A stretch of DNA of 64,000 nucleotides. It comes from a bacterium. GTDB taxonomy: Bacteria; SAR324; XYD2-FULL-50-16; G965216635. Positions 1 to 10,035 of this stretch are shown here, piece by piece. Where the stretch lies: contig OZ244188.1 in the NCBI GenBank assembly GCA_965216635.1, positions 1,504,001 to 1,568,000 of the forward strand. The letters are read 5' to 3'. The notes under the pieces are model-generated. The model worked only from the letters and a program-made list of their open reading frames with translations. It was not told the DNA's origin and ran no database searches. A program made the translations under genes and the position numbers. Positions within the stretch are counted from its first letter, which is position 1; each line of letters begins with the position of its first letter.

Positions 1-571
1 ATTCTAAATTTGTATTGCCGTCTATAATAAAATGAGCGAATTTTTTTGCCTCCTCTGGTTTTATCTGGTATTGCAGCCTTTTTTTCACACTCGCCTCACT
101 AATTCGCTGTCTTTGGCTAACTGCTCTTCTCAAGTATGCTTTATTGAGCCTTTTGAGAATATTTTCAAAAGAAGTAATCATTAAAATAACATTCTGCATT
201 TTAGAATAGACTCCAACTTCTATTAACAAAGGAGCGTCGTAAATTATTTTTACCTTTTCATTTTTTTTGTAAAGCATTTTTATTCTTTCCAGAGAAATTT
301 TTTGTATTTCAGGGTGTGAAATAGCATTCATTTTTTTTACATTTTCTTTATTTTGAAAAACTACTTCTGCTAGAAGAGTAGGCTGAATTTTGCCTTGAAC
401 TAACACCTGCTCTCCAAAACTCGCAACTATTTTTTCTACTATTTCTTTTTTTTGTAAAATTTCTCTTGCAAGTAAATCAGCACTTATCACAGTATAACCC
501 AGCTCTTTAAAAAAATTTGCTGCTGTGCTTTTCCCACTGCCTATATTTCCAGTTAAGCCTATTAATTTCAT
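1..571 (-). CDS. coaE: Dephospho-CoA kinase (3' end runs off the window)
   Basis: Hand translation from ATG at 571 gives MKLIGLTGNIGSGKST (P-loop) ... YDAPLLIE ... AHFIIDGN. Open to the window edge; absent from the ORF track. Confidence 0.92.
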   Translation of the reverse strand, partial: MKLIGLTGNIGSGKSTAANFFKELGYTVISADLLAREILQKKEIVEKIVASFGEQVLVQGKIQPTLLAEVVFQNKENVKKMNAISHPEIQKISLERIKMLYKKNEKVKIIYDAPLLIEVGVYSKMQNVILMITSFENILKRLNKAYLRRAVSQRQRISEASVKKRLQYQIKPEEAKKFAHFIIDGNTNLE

Positions 572-713
572 TGTAAATTTTAAAAATAACAGTTATAATT
601 TTTAAGATTAAAAAATTTCTTGTCAAGTAAAAATTTATCTGTAGGTTAAAAAATTTCTTGTTAAGTAAAAATTTATCTGTAAAAGTAGAACTTTAGAACT
701 TTAAGTTCTTAAA

Positions 714-928
714 ACAGACCTTTAAATTTCGCTGATGTGACGGCTAGCCAAATGGTTAGAACAGCAGAGTTAAAAAAAAATTTCAATGCCGTAGCAAAAA
801 ACACTACAAAACTTAAAGCTAACACAATATAAACTGCAAAAGAGCCACTGGCTCTTTTGCTAAAACTTGTATAGAGTGAAAGCAATAAGCTTGTTTTGGC
901 TAAACAGAATGCAAACTCAAAAGTTTTT
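714..928. mobile_element. MITE-like palindromic element, copy 1 (internally deleted relative to copy 2)
   Basis: Near-identical to 7735-8007. Degenerate terminal inverted repeats ACAGACCTTTAAATTT...AAACTCAAAAGTTT; internal hairpin GCAAAAGAGCC-N3-GGCTCTTTTGC. Confidence 0.8.
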
Positions 929-934
929 AAAACT

Positions 935-2293
935 ATGATAATCACTCTAGTAGGCTTACAATGGGGAGACGAAGGCAAAGGAAAAATAGCAGACCTACTC
1001 TCACAGCACGCAGATTGGGCAATTCGTTTCCAAGGAGGTAACAATGCCGGTCATACCATAAAATACCAAGATAAAAAATTTGTTTTACACCATATTCCAT
1101 CAGGAATATGCCAACCAAAATGCAAAACTTTGCTCGGAGGTGGAATGGTCATTGATCTACCAGATTTATGCAAAGAAATAGAAGAACTTCAAAAGCAAGG
1201 AATAAATTGCAAAAACAGAATATTTATAAGTGAAATAGCGCATCTGATCTTACCTACCCATAAAATCAAAGACAGAATATCAGAGCAAAAAAAAAATACC
1301 ATTACCATAGGCACGACTGGAAAAGGGATAGGTCCCGCCTATGCAGATAAAGTCATTAGAAGAGGGATTCGTGTTTGCGATTTGAATGAAAACCAAGACT
1401 TTAAAAAAATGTTTTATCAAAAAATGAAACAGGATTTTGCAGAAATTTCTGCTAGCCACCAAAATGCTACAAGCAACATAAAACTCCCCTCTATAAAAAA
1501 ATCTTACGAAGAGCTAATGGCAGCCTACCTAAAAATCAAAGAAAATATTTACGATTCCCACGAACTCCTCCACGTAAAAACGGCTAAAGACAAAAACATT
1601 TTATTAGAAGGTGCACAAGGCAGTCTGTTAGATATAGACTACGGCACCTACCCTTATGTTACTTCCTCTAGCACAGTAGCAGGTATGTCTGCCATAGGAA
1701 GCGGAGTAGGTCTCAGAAAGATTAACGCCATTTTTGGAATTTTCAAAGCCTATACCACAAGAGTAGGAGAAGGAGCCTTTCCTACAGAATTAAAAGATCA
1801 ATACGGAAAATATTTGCAAACACAAGGAGGCGAAATTGGTTCTACCACGGGTAGGAGCCGTCGCTGTGGTTGGTTAGATCTGTGTTTGTTGAGAAAAACC
1901 ATAGCCATCAACGACATTAGCCATTTAATTCTGATGAAACTAGATGTTTTAGACCAACTAGAGGAGATTAAAGTCTGTACAAGCTACAAGACAAAAGAAG
2001 GAAAAAAACTGCTTATGCCTCCCAATCGCATTCAAGATTGGAACAACCTTATTCCTCAATATAAATCCTTTAAAGGTTGGCAGTGCAAAACTAGTCAGAC
2101 CAAATCTATTCCAAATTTGCCTCGTAATTGTCAGAGCTACATAAACTTTTTGCAAAAAAGTTTAAAATGCCCTATAATCATAACTTCTGTTTCTCCTAAA
2201 AGGGAAGACAACTTAATAAAAACAACATTCTTTTTTAAACAATCAACTAAAATTTTAAGAAAATGGCAAAAAAAGGCGACCGTATCCAAGTAA
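935..2293 (+). CDS. purA: Adenylosuccinate synthetase
   Basis: [33 protein letters not shown] and [12 protein letters not shown] motifs. ATG 935 is preferred over TTG 896, which lies inside the MITE. Confidence 0.97.
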   Translation: MIITLVGLQWGDEGKGKIADLLSQHADWAIRFQGGNNAGHTIKYQDKKFVLHHIPSGICQPKCKTLLGGGMVIDLPDLCKEIEELQKQGINCKNRIFISEIAHLILPTHKIKDRISEQKKNTITIGTTGKGIGPAYADKVIRRGIRVCDLNENQDFKKMFYQKMKQDFAEISASHQNATSNIKLPSIKKSYEELMAAYLKIKENIYDSHELLHVKTAKDKNILLEGAQGSLLDIDYGTYPYVTSSSTVAGMSAIGSGVGLRKINAIFGIFKAYTTRVGEGAFPTELKDQYGKYLQTQGGEIGSTTGRSRRCGWLDLCLLRKTIAINDISHLILMKLDVLDQLEEIKVCTSYKTKEGKKLLMPPNRIQDWNNLIPQYKSFKGWQCKTSQTKSIPNLPRNCQSYINFLQKSLKCPIIITSVSPKREDNLIKTTFFFKQSTKILRKWQKKATVSK

Positions 2294-2424
2294 AGTTAAA
2301 AAGTACAGAAAGTCCACATCTTTACTATACAATAAAAAATAAAAAAAATGATGTGGAAAAACTAGAACTGAGTAAATACGATCCAGTTATTCGCAAGCAT
2401 GTGCTATACAAGGAAAAAAAATAA
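2263..2424 (+). CDS. rpmG: 50S ribosomal protein L33 (Cys-free type)
   Basis: Hand translation [53 protein letters not shown]. Overlaps the purA 3' end by 31 nt. Confidence 0.95.
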   Translation: MAKKGDRIQVKLKSTESPHLYYTIKNKKNDVEKLELSKYDPVIRKHVLYKEKK

Positions 2425-2442
2425 TACTTTGGTAGAAAAATA

Positions 2443-2471
2443 TTGACAAGTTTAAAAAAATTAGTTACTTT
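2443..2471 (+). promoter_or_regulatory. Sigma70-like promoter (duplicated at 2945-2973)
   Basis: TTGACA-17 nt-TACTTT. Confidence 0.55.
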
Positions 2472-2506
2472 TTTAGTTTGAATAACTTTAATTATTATTA
2501 ATATAA

Positions 2507-2764
2507 ATGACAACAATACAAGAAATAGCAAGTAAAGAAGTTAAAGCTAATTATACTTTCTTTAAAGAAAAACGAGCAGAATTAGAAAAAAACAATCTTG
2601 GTAAGTTTGTTCTTTTGCACAAAAAACAAATACAAGGTTATTTTGATACTGATAATGATGCTATGATTGTTGGCAGAAAAGATTATGGAGAAGGTAATTT
2701 TTCCGTGCAAGAAATAGGAGCAATTCCCGTTGATTTAGGTTATCAATCTTATGCCATCCTTTAG
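2507..2764 (+). CDS. Small hypothetical protein (DUF5678-like)
   Basis: NYTFFKEKRAEL...GKFVLL...G.FDT pattern. Resembles 35282-35518. Confidence 0.6.
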   Translation: MTTIQEIASKEVKANYTFFKEKRAELEKNNLGKFVLLHKKQIQGYFDTDNDAMIVGRKDYGEGNFSVQEIGAIPVDLGYQSYAIL

Positions 2765-2798
2765 TACTAATTTATCACAGAACAAATTTATTGTAGAT

Positions 2799-2926
2799 GT
2801 AAAGCTAAAAAGTACAGAAAGTCCACATCTTTACTATACAATAAAAAAAATGATGTGGAAAAACTAGAACTGAGTAAATACGATCCAGTTATTCGCAAGC
2901 ATGTATTATACAAGGAAAAAAAATAA
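2799..2926 (+). pseudogene. rpmG: Truncated, frameshifted second copy of rpmG
   Basis: Lacks the first 9 codons. The 7-nt deletion gives ...TIKKMMWKN*. Confidence 0.85.
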
Positions 2927-3101
2927 TACTTTGGTAGAAAAATATTGACAAGTTTAAAAAAATTAGTTACTTTTTTAGTTTGAATAACTTTAATTATTAT
3001 TAATATAATAGACCTTTGAATTAATGTTATATTTTGACTAAACTAGACACAACCTAGATAGGCTAGGGAAATGTTTCTTTAAATCTAAATTAAAAAAAAT
3101 T

Positions 3102-4397
3102 ATGGAAAGAGTATCAAAAAGGGCGTTAAATAGCTCTCTTAAAAATTGTGAGACAAAAGCAGCTCGATCTAACCAATGGGCTGGTTTTCAACGGGCTAAT
3201 CAATGGGCTGGTTTTCAATGGGCTGGCTTCAAATGGAATGGCGTTGTATTGCTAGGTGCGGTTTTGTTGAGTTTGCTATTTGTAGGTAATCTGCAAGCAC
3301 AGAGCAGCGCTAGCACGAAACAGGGATTTTTCGCTGGTATTGTTTATCTGCAAGGTTTCGGAGTAGATACCACAAAAACTAGCACAAACTCTGCTACTGT
3401 CTATAGAATCAAATATTCAAACGATATTACTGGAATAGAAGCAAATGGTGTATTCACTGGTTTAGTAGGATCTGGAACAGAAGCATTATTAAAGGCAAAC
3501 TGCGAACGTGATGCAACAACTGTCACACAGACTGATGGAGATTACTCTTTAATATATGATGATTTGACTTCCTTCTCTCCTGGGCGAAGACTGACTATAG
3601 ATGAAATTAATAATGGGGATGCTACTGTAATTTTAGCAGACAATAACGTTCCTAATAGAATATTTCATACAGGATTTGCAAATGGAGAAACATCCTATTG
3701 TTACAGATACTTTTCCTCTGGAAGAACCTCTATTATTCTTTCCGATCCTGATGTGACTGCAGATACACCTTCAAAACCCGTCACCAGCACAGAGAGCGAC
3801 GCACTCAACGGTGTCGGTCTGCAAGTCGGCTGGCGAGGAGAAAAATGGAGAGCCTCTCTGACTCACTTTACTGGCAAAGGGGGAGCTAACGAGCTCGTCA
3901 ATACAGTGGTAATGGCGGAGTATTTTTTTCACGAGGAGTTTTTTGCAGGAGGCGGTCTAGCGAGTATGAAGCTTACCAATGGCTCTACTAGCGCTTCGGC
4001 TACTAGCCCCGTGTTAACGGTAGGCTATAAAGAGAACTTAACTCCCAACCTATTCTTTAATATTAGCTTGACAAAGTATATTTCGGGTATTTCTCTGAGC
4101 CGTTCTATTAGTCCTACAGCTACTGTAAACAAAACTTTTACCCGCCCACCACAGACTAAAAACGGTGATTCAGCAACGATTGGCTTAGGATCTGTACAGA
4201 CACCCTCATCATCTCTCCAAATCGTAGCAGATATTACTTCTGAAAATATACTTGTAACCGATAACAGAATAGAAGTAACCCAATTCCGCAGTAGAGATGT
4301 GGAAATACAAGAAGTCACAACTCCAGCAGCGCAGAAGATAGAAGCCGAAATCAAAGCCCCCGTAGTCGTCAGCATTTCCCTGCTTTGGCGCTTTTAA
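3102..4397 (+). CDS. Secreted outer-membrane beta-barrel-like protein with variable inserts (paralog of 30598-31968)
   Basis: Signal peptide ending LQAQ, amphipathic strands, C-terminal Phe (LLWRF). Conserved blocks shared with the paralog. Confidence 0.7.
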   Translation: MERVSKRALNSSLKNCETKAARSNQWAGFQRANQWAGFQWAGFKWNGVVLLGAVLLSLLFVGNLQAQSSASTKQGFFAGIVYLQGFGVDTTKTSTNSATVYRIKYSNDITGIEANGVFTGLVGSGTEALLKANCERDATTVTQTDGDYSLIYDDLTSFSPGRRLTIDEINNGDATVILADNNVPNRIFHTGFANGETSYCYRYFSSGRTSIILSDPDVTADTPSKPVTSTESDALNGVGLQVGWRGEKWRASLTHFTGKGGANELVNTVVMAEYFFHEEFFAGGGLASMKLTNGSTSASATSPVLTVGYKENLTPNLFFNISLTKYISGISLSRSISPTATVNKTFTRPPQTKNGDSATIGLGSVQTPSSSLQIVADITSENILVTDNRIEVTQFRSRDVEIQEVTTPAAQKIEAEIKAPVVVSISLLWRF

Positions 4398-4409
4398 CAG
4401 AGTTGTATA

Positions 4410-4451
4410 GGCACCGAATCACCCCTAAAAAGGAAGTGAACTCTCGGTGCC
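4410..4451 (+). terminator. Hairpin downstream of the OMP gene
   Basis: GGCACCGA...TCGGTGCC inverted repeat. No U-tract, so terminator function is uncertain. Confidence 0.35.
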
Positions 4452-4535
4452 CCTCATAAAACCACCTCCACGTCAAAACCACTCAAAAACAAATAAAATA
4501 CTCTTTTTTTATTTGCTTTTTTATTTTTTTGGGGC

Positions 4536-4564
4536 TTGACTTCACTAGAATAGTTTGCTAAAAT
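4536..4564 (+). promoter_or_regulatory. Sigma70-like promoter repeated before each coiled-coil gene copy
   Basis: TTGACT-17 nt-TAAAAT. Recurs near 5345, 6101 and 6921. Confidence 0.75.
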
Positions 4565-4615
4565 AAAACAACCAAAATAAAAACTTTTAAAAAATAAAAT
4601 GTTAAGAAAAATAAA

Positions 4616-5248
4616 ATGTTAAGAACAACTACAGCACAAAAATTTACTTCTACTAAAATCTACGATCTTTTGATTGGACTAGGTGCAGAAAAAAAGAAAG
4701 CAGAGATTGCTATTGGAGAGTTTTTAGAACTGGTCCCAAAAGCTTTGGCTTCTAGTGCCGCAGAAACGGGTTTGGATGTCACTCTTCCTACGGATAAAGG
4801 GGATATCTGGAGATTGGAATCCATCATTTCAGAGAACAAAACCGACTTGATAAGAATAATAGCAGACAACAAAAACGATACAGATAGAATAATAACAGAC
4901 AACAGAAACGACCTGATAAGAATAATAACAGACAACAAAAACGATACAGACTTAAAACTGAAAGATATTGAGAGTAAAATCGTAAAAACCAAAAGCGATA
5001 CAGAAAAAATAATAACAAAAAACAGAAACGACCTAGAAAAAATAATAACAGACAACAGAAACGACTTGATAAGAATAATAACAGACAATAAAAATGATAC
5101 AGACCTGAAATTTAAGGATATAGATTTAAAAATATCAGAAAGCAGAGTTAATATAATCAAATGGGTTATTGCGACTACTCTAACCAGTACGGGTATATTG
5201 ATTGTTATAATATTTGGATTGTTGCAATTTTTAAAAGTAGTAGCATAG
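4616..5248 (+). CDS. Membrane-anchored coiled-coil protein, DUF1640/CCDC90 (Bdr-like), copy 1, 210 aa
   Basis: Helical head, TDKGDI neck, 11/7-residue repeats, C-terminal TM segment IIKWVIATTL... Confidence 0.75.
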   Translation: MLRTTTAQKFTSTKIYDLLIGLGAEKKKAEIAIGEFLELVPKALASSAAETGLDVTLPTDKGDIWRLESIISENKTDLIRIIADNKNDTDRIITDNRNDLIRIITDNKNDTDLKLKDIESKIVKTKSDTEKIITKNRNDLEKIITDNRNDLIRIITDNKNDTDLKFKDIDLKISESRVNIIKWVIATTLTSTGILIVIIFGLLQFLKVVA

Positions 5249-5437
5249 GTATAAAATGCCTCCCCGCTAAAACCCACCAAAAAAACAAAATTGCAGGGGA
5301 CATTCTTTTAATTCTGCCCTATAATCTTTTTTATTTTTTAGGGCTTGACTTCACTAGAATAGTTTGCTAAAATAAAACAACTAAATAAAACAACCAAAAT
5401 AAAAACTTTTAAAAAATAAAATGTTAAGAAAAATAAA

Positions 5438-6004
5438 ATGTTAAGAACAACTAGAGCACAAAAATTCACTTCTACCAAGATCTACGATCTTTTGATTGGA
5501 CTAGGTGCAGAAAAAAAGAAAGCAGAGATTGCTATTGGAGAGTTTGTAGAACTGAGACCAAAAGCTTTGGCTTCTAGTGCCGCAGAAACGGGTTTGGATA
5601 CCACTCTTCCTACGGATAAAGGGGATATCTGGAGATTGGAATCCATCATTTCAGAGAACAAAACCGACTTGATAAGAATAATAGCAGACAACAGAAACGA
5701 CCTAGAAAGAATAATAACAGACAACAAAAACGATACAGACTTAAAACTGAAAGATATTGAGAGTAAAATCGTAGAAACCAAAAACGATACAGAAAAAATA
5801 ATAACAAAAAACAGAAACGACCTAGAAAAAATAATAACAGACAATAAAAATGATACAGACCTGAAATTTAAGGATATAGATTTAAAAATATCAGAAAGCA
5901 GAGTTAATATAATCAAATGGGTTATTGCGACTACTCTAACCAGTACGGGTATATTGATTGTTATAATATTTGGATTGTTGCAATTTTTAAAAGTAATAGC
6001 ATAG
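5438..6004 (+). CDS. DUF1640/CCDC90-like coiled-coil protein, copy 2, 188 aa
   Basis: As copy 1, with two fewer 11-aa repeats. Confidence 0.75.
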   Translation: MLRTTRAQKFTSTKIYDLLIGLGAEKKKAEIAIGEFVELRPKALASSAAETGLDTTLPTDKGDIWRLESIISENKTDLIRIIADNRNDLERIITDNKNDTDLKLKDIESKIVETKNDTEKIITKNRNDLEKIITDNKNDTDLKFKDIDLKISESRVNIIKWVIATTLTSTGILIVIIFGLLQFLKVIA

Positions 6005-6193
6005 GTATAAAATGCCTCCCCGCCAAAACCCACCAAAAAAACAAAATTGCAGGGGACATTCTTTTAATTCTGCCCTATAATCTTTTTTATTTTTTAGGGC
6101 TTGACTTCACTAGAATAGTTTGCTAAAATAAAACAACTAAATAAAACAACCAAAATAAAAACTTTTAAAAAATAAAATGTTAAGAAAAATAAA

Positions 6194-6760
6194 ATGTTAA
6201 GAACAACTAGAGCACAAAAATTCACTTCTACCAAGATCTACGATCTTTTGATTGGACTAGGTGCAGAAAAAAAGAAAGCAGAGATTGCTATTGGAGAGTT
6301 TGTAGAACTGAGACCAAAAGCTTTGGCTTCTAGTGCCGCAGAAACGGGTTTGGATACCACTCTTCCTACAGATAAAGGGGATATCTGGAGATTGGAATCC
6401 ATCATTTCAGAGAACAAAACCGACTTGATAAGAATAATAGCAGACAACAGAAACGACCTAGAAAGAATAATAACAGACAACAAAAACGATACAGACTTAA
6501 AACTGAAAGATATTGAGAGTAAAATCGTAGAAACCAAAAACGATACAGAAAAAATAATAACAAAAAACAGAAACGACCTAGAAAAAATAATAACAGACAA
6601 TAAAAATGATACAGACCTGAAATTTAAGGATATAGATTTAAAAATATCAGAAAGCAGAGTTAATATAATCAAATGGGTTATTGCGACTACTCTAACCAGT
6701 ACGGGTATATTGATTGTTATAATATTTGGATTGTTGCAATTTTTAAAAGTAATAGCATAG
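6194..6760 (+). CDS. DUF1640/CCDC90-like coiled-coil protein, copy 3, 188 aa
   Basis: Protein identical to copy 2. Repeat period 756 bp; synonymous ACG/ACA difference. Confidence 0.75.
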   Translation: MLRTTRAQKFTSTKIYDLLIGLGAEKKKAEIAIGEFVELRPKALASSAAETGLDTTLPTDKGDIWRLESIISENKTDLIRIIADNRNDLERIITDNKNDTDLKLKDIESKIVETKNDTEKIITKNRNDLEKIITDNKNDTDLKFKDIDLKISESRVNIIKWVIATTLTSTGILIVIIFGLLQFLKVIA

Positions 6761-6982
6761 GTATAAAATGCCTCCCCGCCAAAACCAAATAAAAAAACAA
6801 AATTGCAGGGGACATTTTTTTACAAAGTAAAAATGTGTCCCCGCCAAAAACACCCAAAAAAACAAAATTGCAGGGAACATTTTTTTAATTCTGCTCTATA
6901 ATCTTTTTATTTTTTTGGGTTTGACTTTAGTAGAATAGTTTGCTAAAATAAAACAACCAAAATAAAAACCTTTAAAAATAAA

Positions 6983-7648
6983 ATGTTAAGAACAACTAGA
7001 GCACAAAAATTCACTTCTACCAAGATCTACGATCTTTTGATTGGACTAGGTGCAGAAAAAAAGAAAGCAGAGATTGCTATTGGAGAGTTTGTAGAACTGA
7101 GACCAAAAGCTTTGGCTTCTAGTGCCGCAGAAACGGGTTTGGATACCACTCTTCCTACGGATAAAGGGGATATCTGGAGATTGGAATCCATCATTTCAGA
7201 GAACAAAACCGACTTGATAAGAATAATAGCAGACAACAGAAACGACCTAGAAAGAATAATAACAGACAACAAAAACGATACAGACTTAAAACTGAAAGAT
7301 ATTGAGAGTAAAATCGTAGAAACCAAAAACGATACAGAAAAAATAATAACAAAAAACAGAAACGACCTAGAAAAAATAATAACAGACAACAGAAACGACC
7401 TAGAAAAAATAATAACAGACAACAAAACCGATACAGACTTAAAACTGAAAGATATTGAGAGTAAAATAGTAGAAATCAAAAGCGAACTAGAAAAAACTAT
7501 AGCAAAAACCAAAAGCGACCTTGAGTTAAAAATATCAGAAAGTAGAGTTCATATAATCAAATGGGTTATTGCGACTACTCTAACCAGTACGGGTATATTG
7601 ATTGTTATAATATTTGGATTGTTGCAATTTTTAAAAGTAGTAGCATAG
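6983..7648 (+). CDS. DUF1640/CCDC90-like coiled-coil protein, copy 4, 221 aa
   Basis: Same head and anchor, with a longer and partly distinct stalk. Confidence 0.75.
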   Translation: MLRTTRAQKFTSTKIYDLLIGLGAEKKKAEIAIGEFVELRPKALASSAAETGLDTTLPTDKGDIWRLESIISENKTDLIRIIADNRNDLERIITDNKNDTDLKLKDIESKIVETKNDTEKIITKNRNDLEKIITDNRNDLEKIITDNKTDTDLKLKDIESKIVEIKSELEKTIAKTKSDLELKISESRVHIIKWVIATTLTSTGILIVIIFGLLQFLKVVA

Positions 7649-7734
7649 GTATAAAATACCTCCCCGCTAAAACCCACCTAAAAACCGCATCCTGCCAAAA
7701 CCACCTCCCGCCAAAAACATGTCCTCTATATTTT

Positions 7735-8007
7735 ATAGACCTTTGAATTTCGCTGATGTGACGGCTAGCCAAATGGTTAGAACAGGTGCAAAAAAAATTT
7801 TTAGCTCGCAGGAATACTCAAGTGCATTTCTTCACAAATGGCAAGAGTTAAAAATTTTTTTTAATGCCGTAGCAAAAAACACTACAAAACTTAAAGCTAA
7901 CACAATATAGACTGCAAAAGAGCCAGAGGCTCTTTTGCTAAAGCTTGTATTGGCGTAAAAGCAATAAGCTTGTTTTGGCTAAACAGAATGCAAATTCAAA
8001 AGTCTAT
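7735..8007. mobile_element. MITE-like palindromic element, copy 2 (longest)
   Basis: Terminal inverted repeats ATAGACCTTTGAATTT / AAATTCAAAAGTCTAT, several internal hairpins, no transposase. Confidence 0.85.
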
Positions 8008-8050
8008 TTTATTAGGGCATTTTATTCTGTAGGGCTGTCCTACATTTTTT

Positions 8051-9022
8051 CTAATAGTCTCTATCTAGTATAAAACTACTCAACTCTAACAATTTTTCTC
8101 TATAAATGTTATTGGGTAGGGTTTTTAGAAATTTTTTAGCCCGTAGAATGTATTTTGCTGCCTGTTGAATGCTGTAATCAAAAACTCCGAAATGTCGCAT
8201 CTTCTCGGTCACAGCTTGGATTTGTTTTGTGGTAATTTGGGGACTTTCCAATAACTTTAATATTGCTTGTTTTTCTTGTCCTTCCGTCAGCTCCATCAAT
8301 CTACAAAGAGGTAAAGTGATTTTCTTTTCTCTTAAATCTGTTCCCAGTTCTTTGCCTGTTTTTTTGCTAGAGTAATCCAAAACATCGTCCACAATTTGAA
8401 AAGCCATACCTATTTGCTCTCCACAGGTATAAATTTTTTGTATTGTTTGTTTTGGTTGGTTGGTAAGAATAGCTCCAGTCTGCATAGCAGCTGCCATTAG
8501 ACAAGCGGTTTTGCATTTTATAATTTTTAAATACTTCACAATGGAAGCATTATCCCACTTATGAAGCAGTTGTAAAATTTCTCCTTCGCTCAAATGAACA
8601 GCTGTATTAGAAATTAACTTGATTAACTCAAAATTTCTTATTTCTACCAACTGACCAAAAGCCTTGGCGAGCAGATAATCGCCTACTAGAATAGAGGCTT
8701 TGTTTCCCCAAATAGTTTTTGCTGTTTTTTGTTTTCTGCGATAATCGGAATTATCAATCACATCGTCGTGCAATAGGCTGGTAGTATGAATATATTCCAA
8801 AATAGCGGACATTTCTCGCACATCTTTATTATACTCTCCAAAACACAAGGTGCTAAGTAGCATTAAAGCGGGACGGATTCTCTTACCTCCACTTTGAAAC
8901 ACATACTTGCCAACTTCGGCAATAAAAGAGTGGTCTTTTTTAAATCTTTGCTCTATGTAGCTTTCCATTTTTTTGAGCTCCGATTTTATGGGAAACAAAA
9001 TTTCTTCAAAATTATTAGACAT
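8051..9022 (-). CDS. ispB: Polyprenyl (octaprenyl) diphosphate synthase
   Basis: GGKRIRP, LLHDDVID, RR and FQIVDDVLD motifs. Confidence 0.92.
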   Translation of the reverse strand: MSNNFEEILFPIKSELKKMESYIEQRFKKDHSFIAEVGKYVFQSGGKRIRPALMLLSTLCFGEYNKDVREMSAILEYIHTTSLLHDDVIDNSDYRRKQKTAKTIWGNKASILVGDYLLAKAFGQLVEIRNFELIKLISNTAVHLSEGEILQLLHKWDNASIVKYLKIIKCKTACLMAAAMQTGAILTNQPKQTIQKIYTCGEQIGMAFQIVDDVLDYSSKKTGKELGTDLREKKITLPLCRLMELTEGQEKQAILKLLESPQITTKQIQAVTEKMRHFGVFDYSIQQAAKYILRAKKFLKTLPNNIYREKLLELSSFILDRDY

Positions 9023-9096
9023 AAATACTAACTAGATTTTTTTTCTTATATTAACTAATCTACTTATAAAGTATAAGACAACCAAATTAAAAAAAA

Positions 9097-10035
9097 ATGC
9101 AAAAAATTTATTATTTTTTAGGAAACCTGTTTTTAAAGTTTTGTATACTTTTTGCCAGAGTTCCCGGATTTTGGAGACTTTGGGCTTGGTTGTTTGGATT
9201 TTTTCTTTTAATATTTTCTTACCGTAAAAAAATCATTCAAAAAAATTTAGATATAGTATTTAAAAATAGTTTGAGTCGTCCGCAAAAAGAAAAAATCCGC
9301 CGCCGAATGTATTTTTTTTTTGGCTACGAAAGTGGATTCTTTCTCCGCTTATCCTGTAGCAACCCTCAAAAAATAAAACCCCTCATTGAAGTAGAGGGTA
9401 ATGAAAGTTGTTTGAAAATTTGCAAACAAAAACAGGCTTTTATCCTTTTAAGCGCTCATACTTTTGGAATTTGGATATCCGCTATTTTTGCTACTTTTTT
9501 TAGAGAAATCGCTACTTATACTTATCACGGTCCCGATAAAGCAAGCAATCAGATTTATAAACTTTTCCAAGAAGTAGAAAAAAGATTCCCTTTGACTGTT
9601 ATCTCACAAGGAAAAAACGATACTTTCAAAATGTTACGCTTTTTAAAGGCGGGACATTGTTTAAGTATTATAGGAGATTTAAACGCTTTTCAAAGCAATG
9701 TTTTTGTGCCTTTTTTTGGTAAAATGGCTTCTTTTGGAGAAGGTGCTTTCCGTTTGAGTTTAAGAAAAAACATACCGCTTATTTTTAGCTGGATAGAGGA
9801 AACTAAAGAAAAAAAACTAATACTCCATTTAAGAGAAATCTATAATCCCCAAAATAAGGAGCACAGCCAGAAGGAGAAAGGGTTGATAAAAAATCCTCCT
9901 AGCACAGAAGAGCTAATCAAACGATACAGCAATTTATTAGAAAAAGTTATTCTACAAAAACCCCATTGGTATTTTTGGAGCAACCGCAGATGGAAAACTA
10001 GACCTCCAGGAGATAACGAAAAGGTTTATTCTTGA
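9097..10035 (+). CDS. Lipid A late acyltransferase (LpxL/HtrB family)
   Basis: VFVPFFG and P..YFWSNRRWKTRP motifs; N-terminal membrane helix. Confidence 0.8.
   Translation: MQKIYYFLGNLFLKFCILFARVPGFWRLWAWLFGFFLLIFSYRKKIIQKNLDIVFKNSLSRPQKEKIRRRMYFFFGYESGFFLRLSCSNPQKIKPLIEVEGNESCLKICKQKQAFILLSAHTFGIWISAIFATFFREIATYTYHGPDKASNQIYKLFQEVEKRFPLTVISQGKNDTFKMLRFLKAGHCLSIIGDLNAFQSNVFVPFFGKMASFGEGAFRLSLRKNIPLIFSWIEETKEKKLILHLREIYNPQNKEHSQKEKGLIKNPPSTEELIKRYSNLLEKVILQKPHWYFWSNRRWKTRPPGDNEKVYS

Larger units (their letters stand above)
2290..3008 (+). repeat. Direct repeat pair 2290-2506 / 2799-3008 (rpmG body plus downstream promoter)
   Basis: About 210 bp near-identical. The second copy has a 7-nt deletion in the A-tract and a few substitutions. 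Confidence 0.95.

Noticed and set aside
608..682. ~38-bp tandem duplication upstream of coaE
   Set aside because: Real, but only two AT-rich copies of a probable promoter segment. Treated as part of the general duplication tendency.
709..1044. ORFs 709-1044 and 7719-7910 as a transposase
   Set aside because: They overlap the MITE copies, have no DDE or HUH motif and are not conserved between copies.
3102..4397. Diversity-generating retroelement target (OMP or TPR variability)
   Set aside because: No reverse transcriptase and no template/variable repeat pair with adenine-specific differences was seen.
5249..6982. Intergenic repeats of the coiled-coil array as CRISPR repeats or integron attC sites
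   Set aside because: They belong to whole-gene tandem duplications. There are no RYYYAAC/GTTRRRY core sites and no integrase.
4660..7512. Long hydrophobic minus-strand ORFs
   Set aside because: They are antisense shadows of the repetitive coiled-coil genes.
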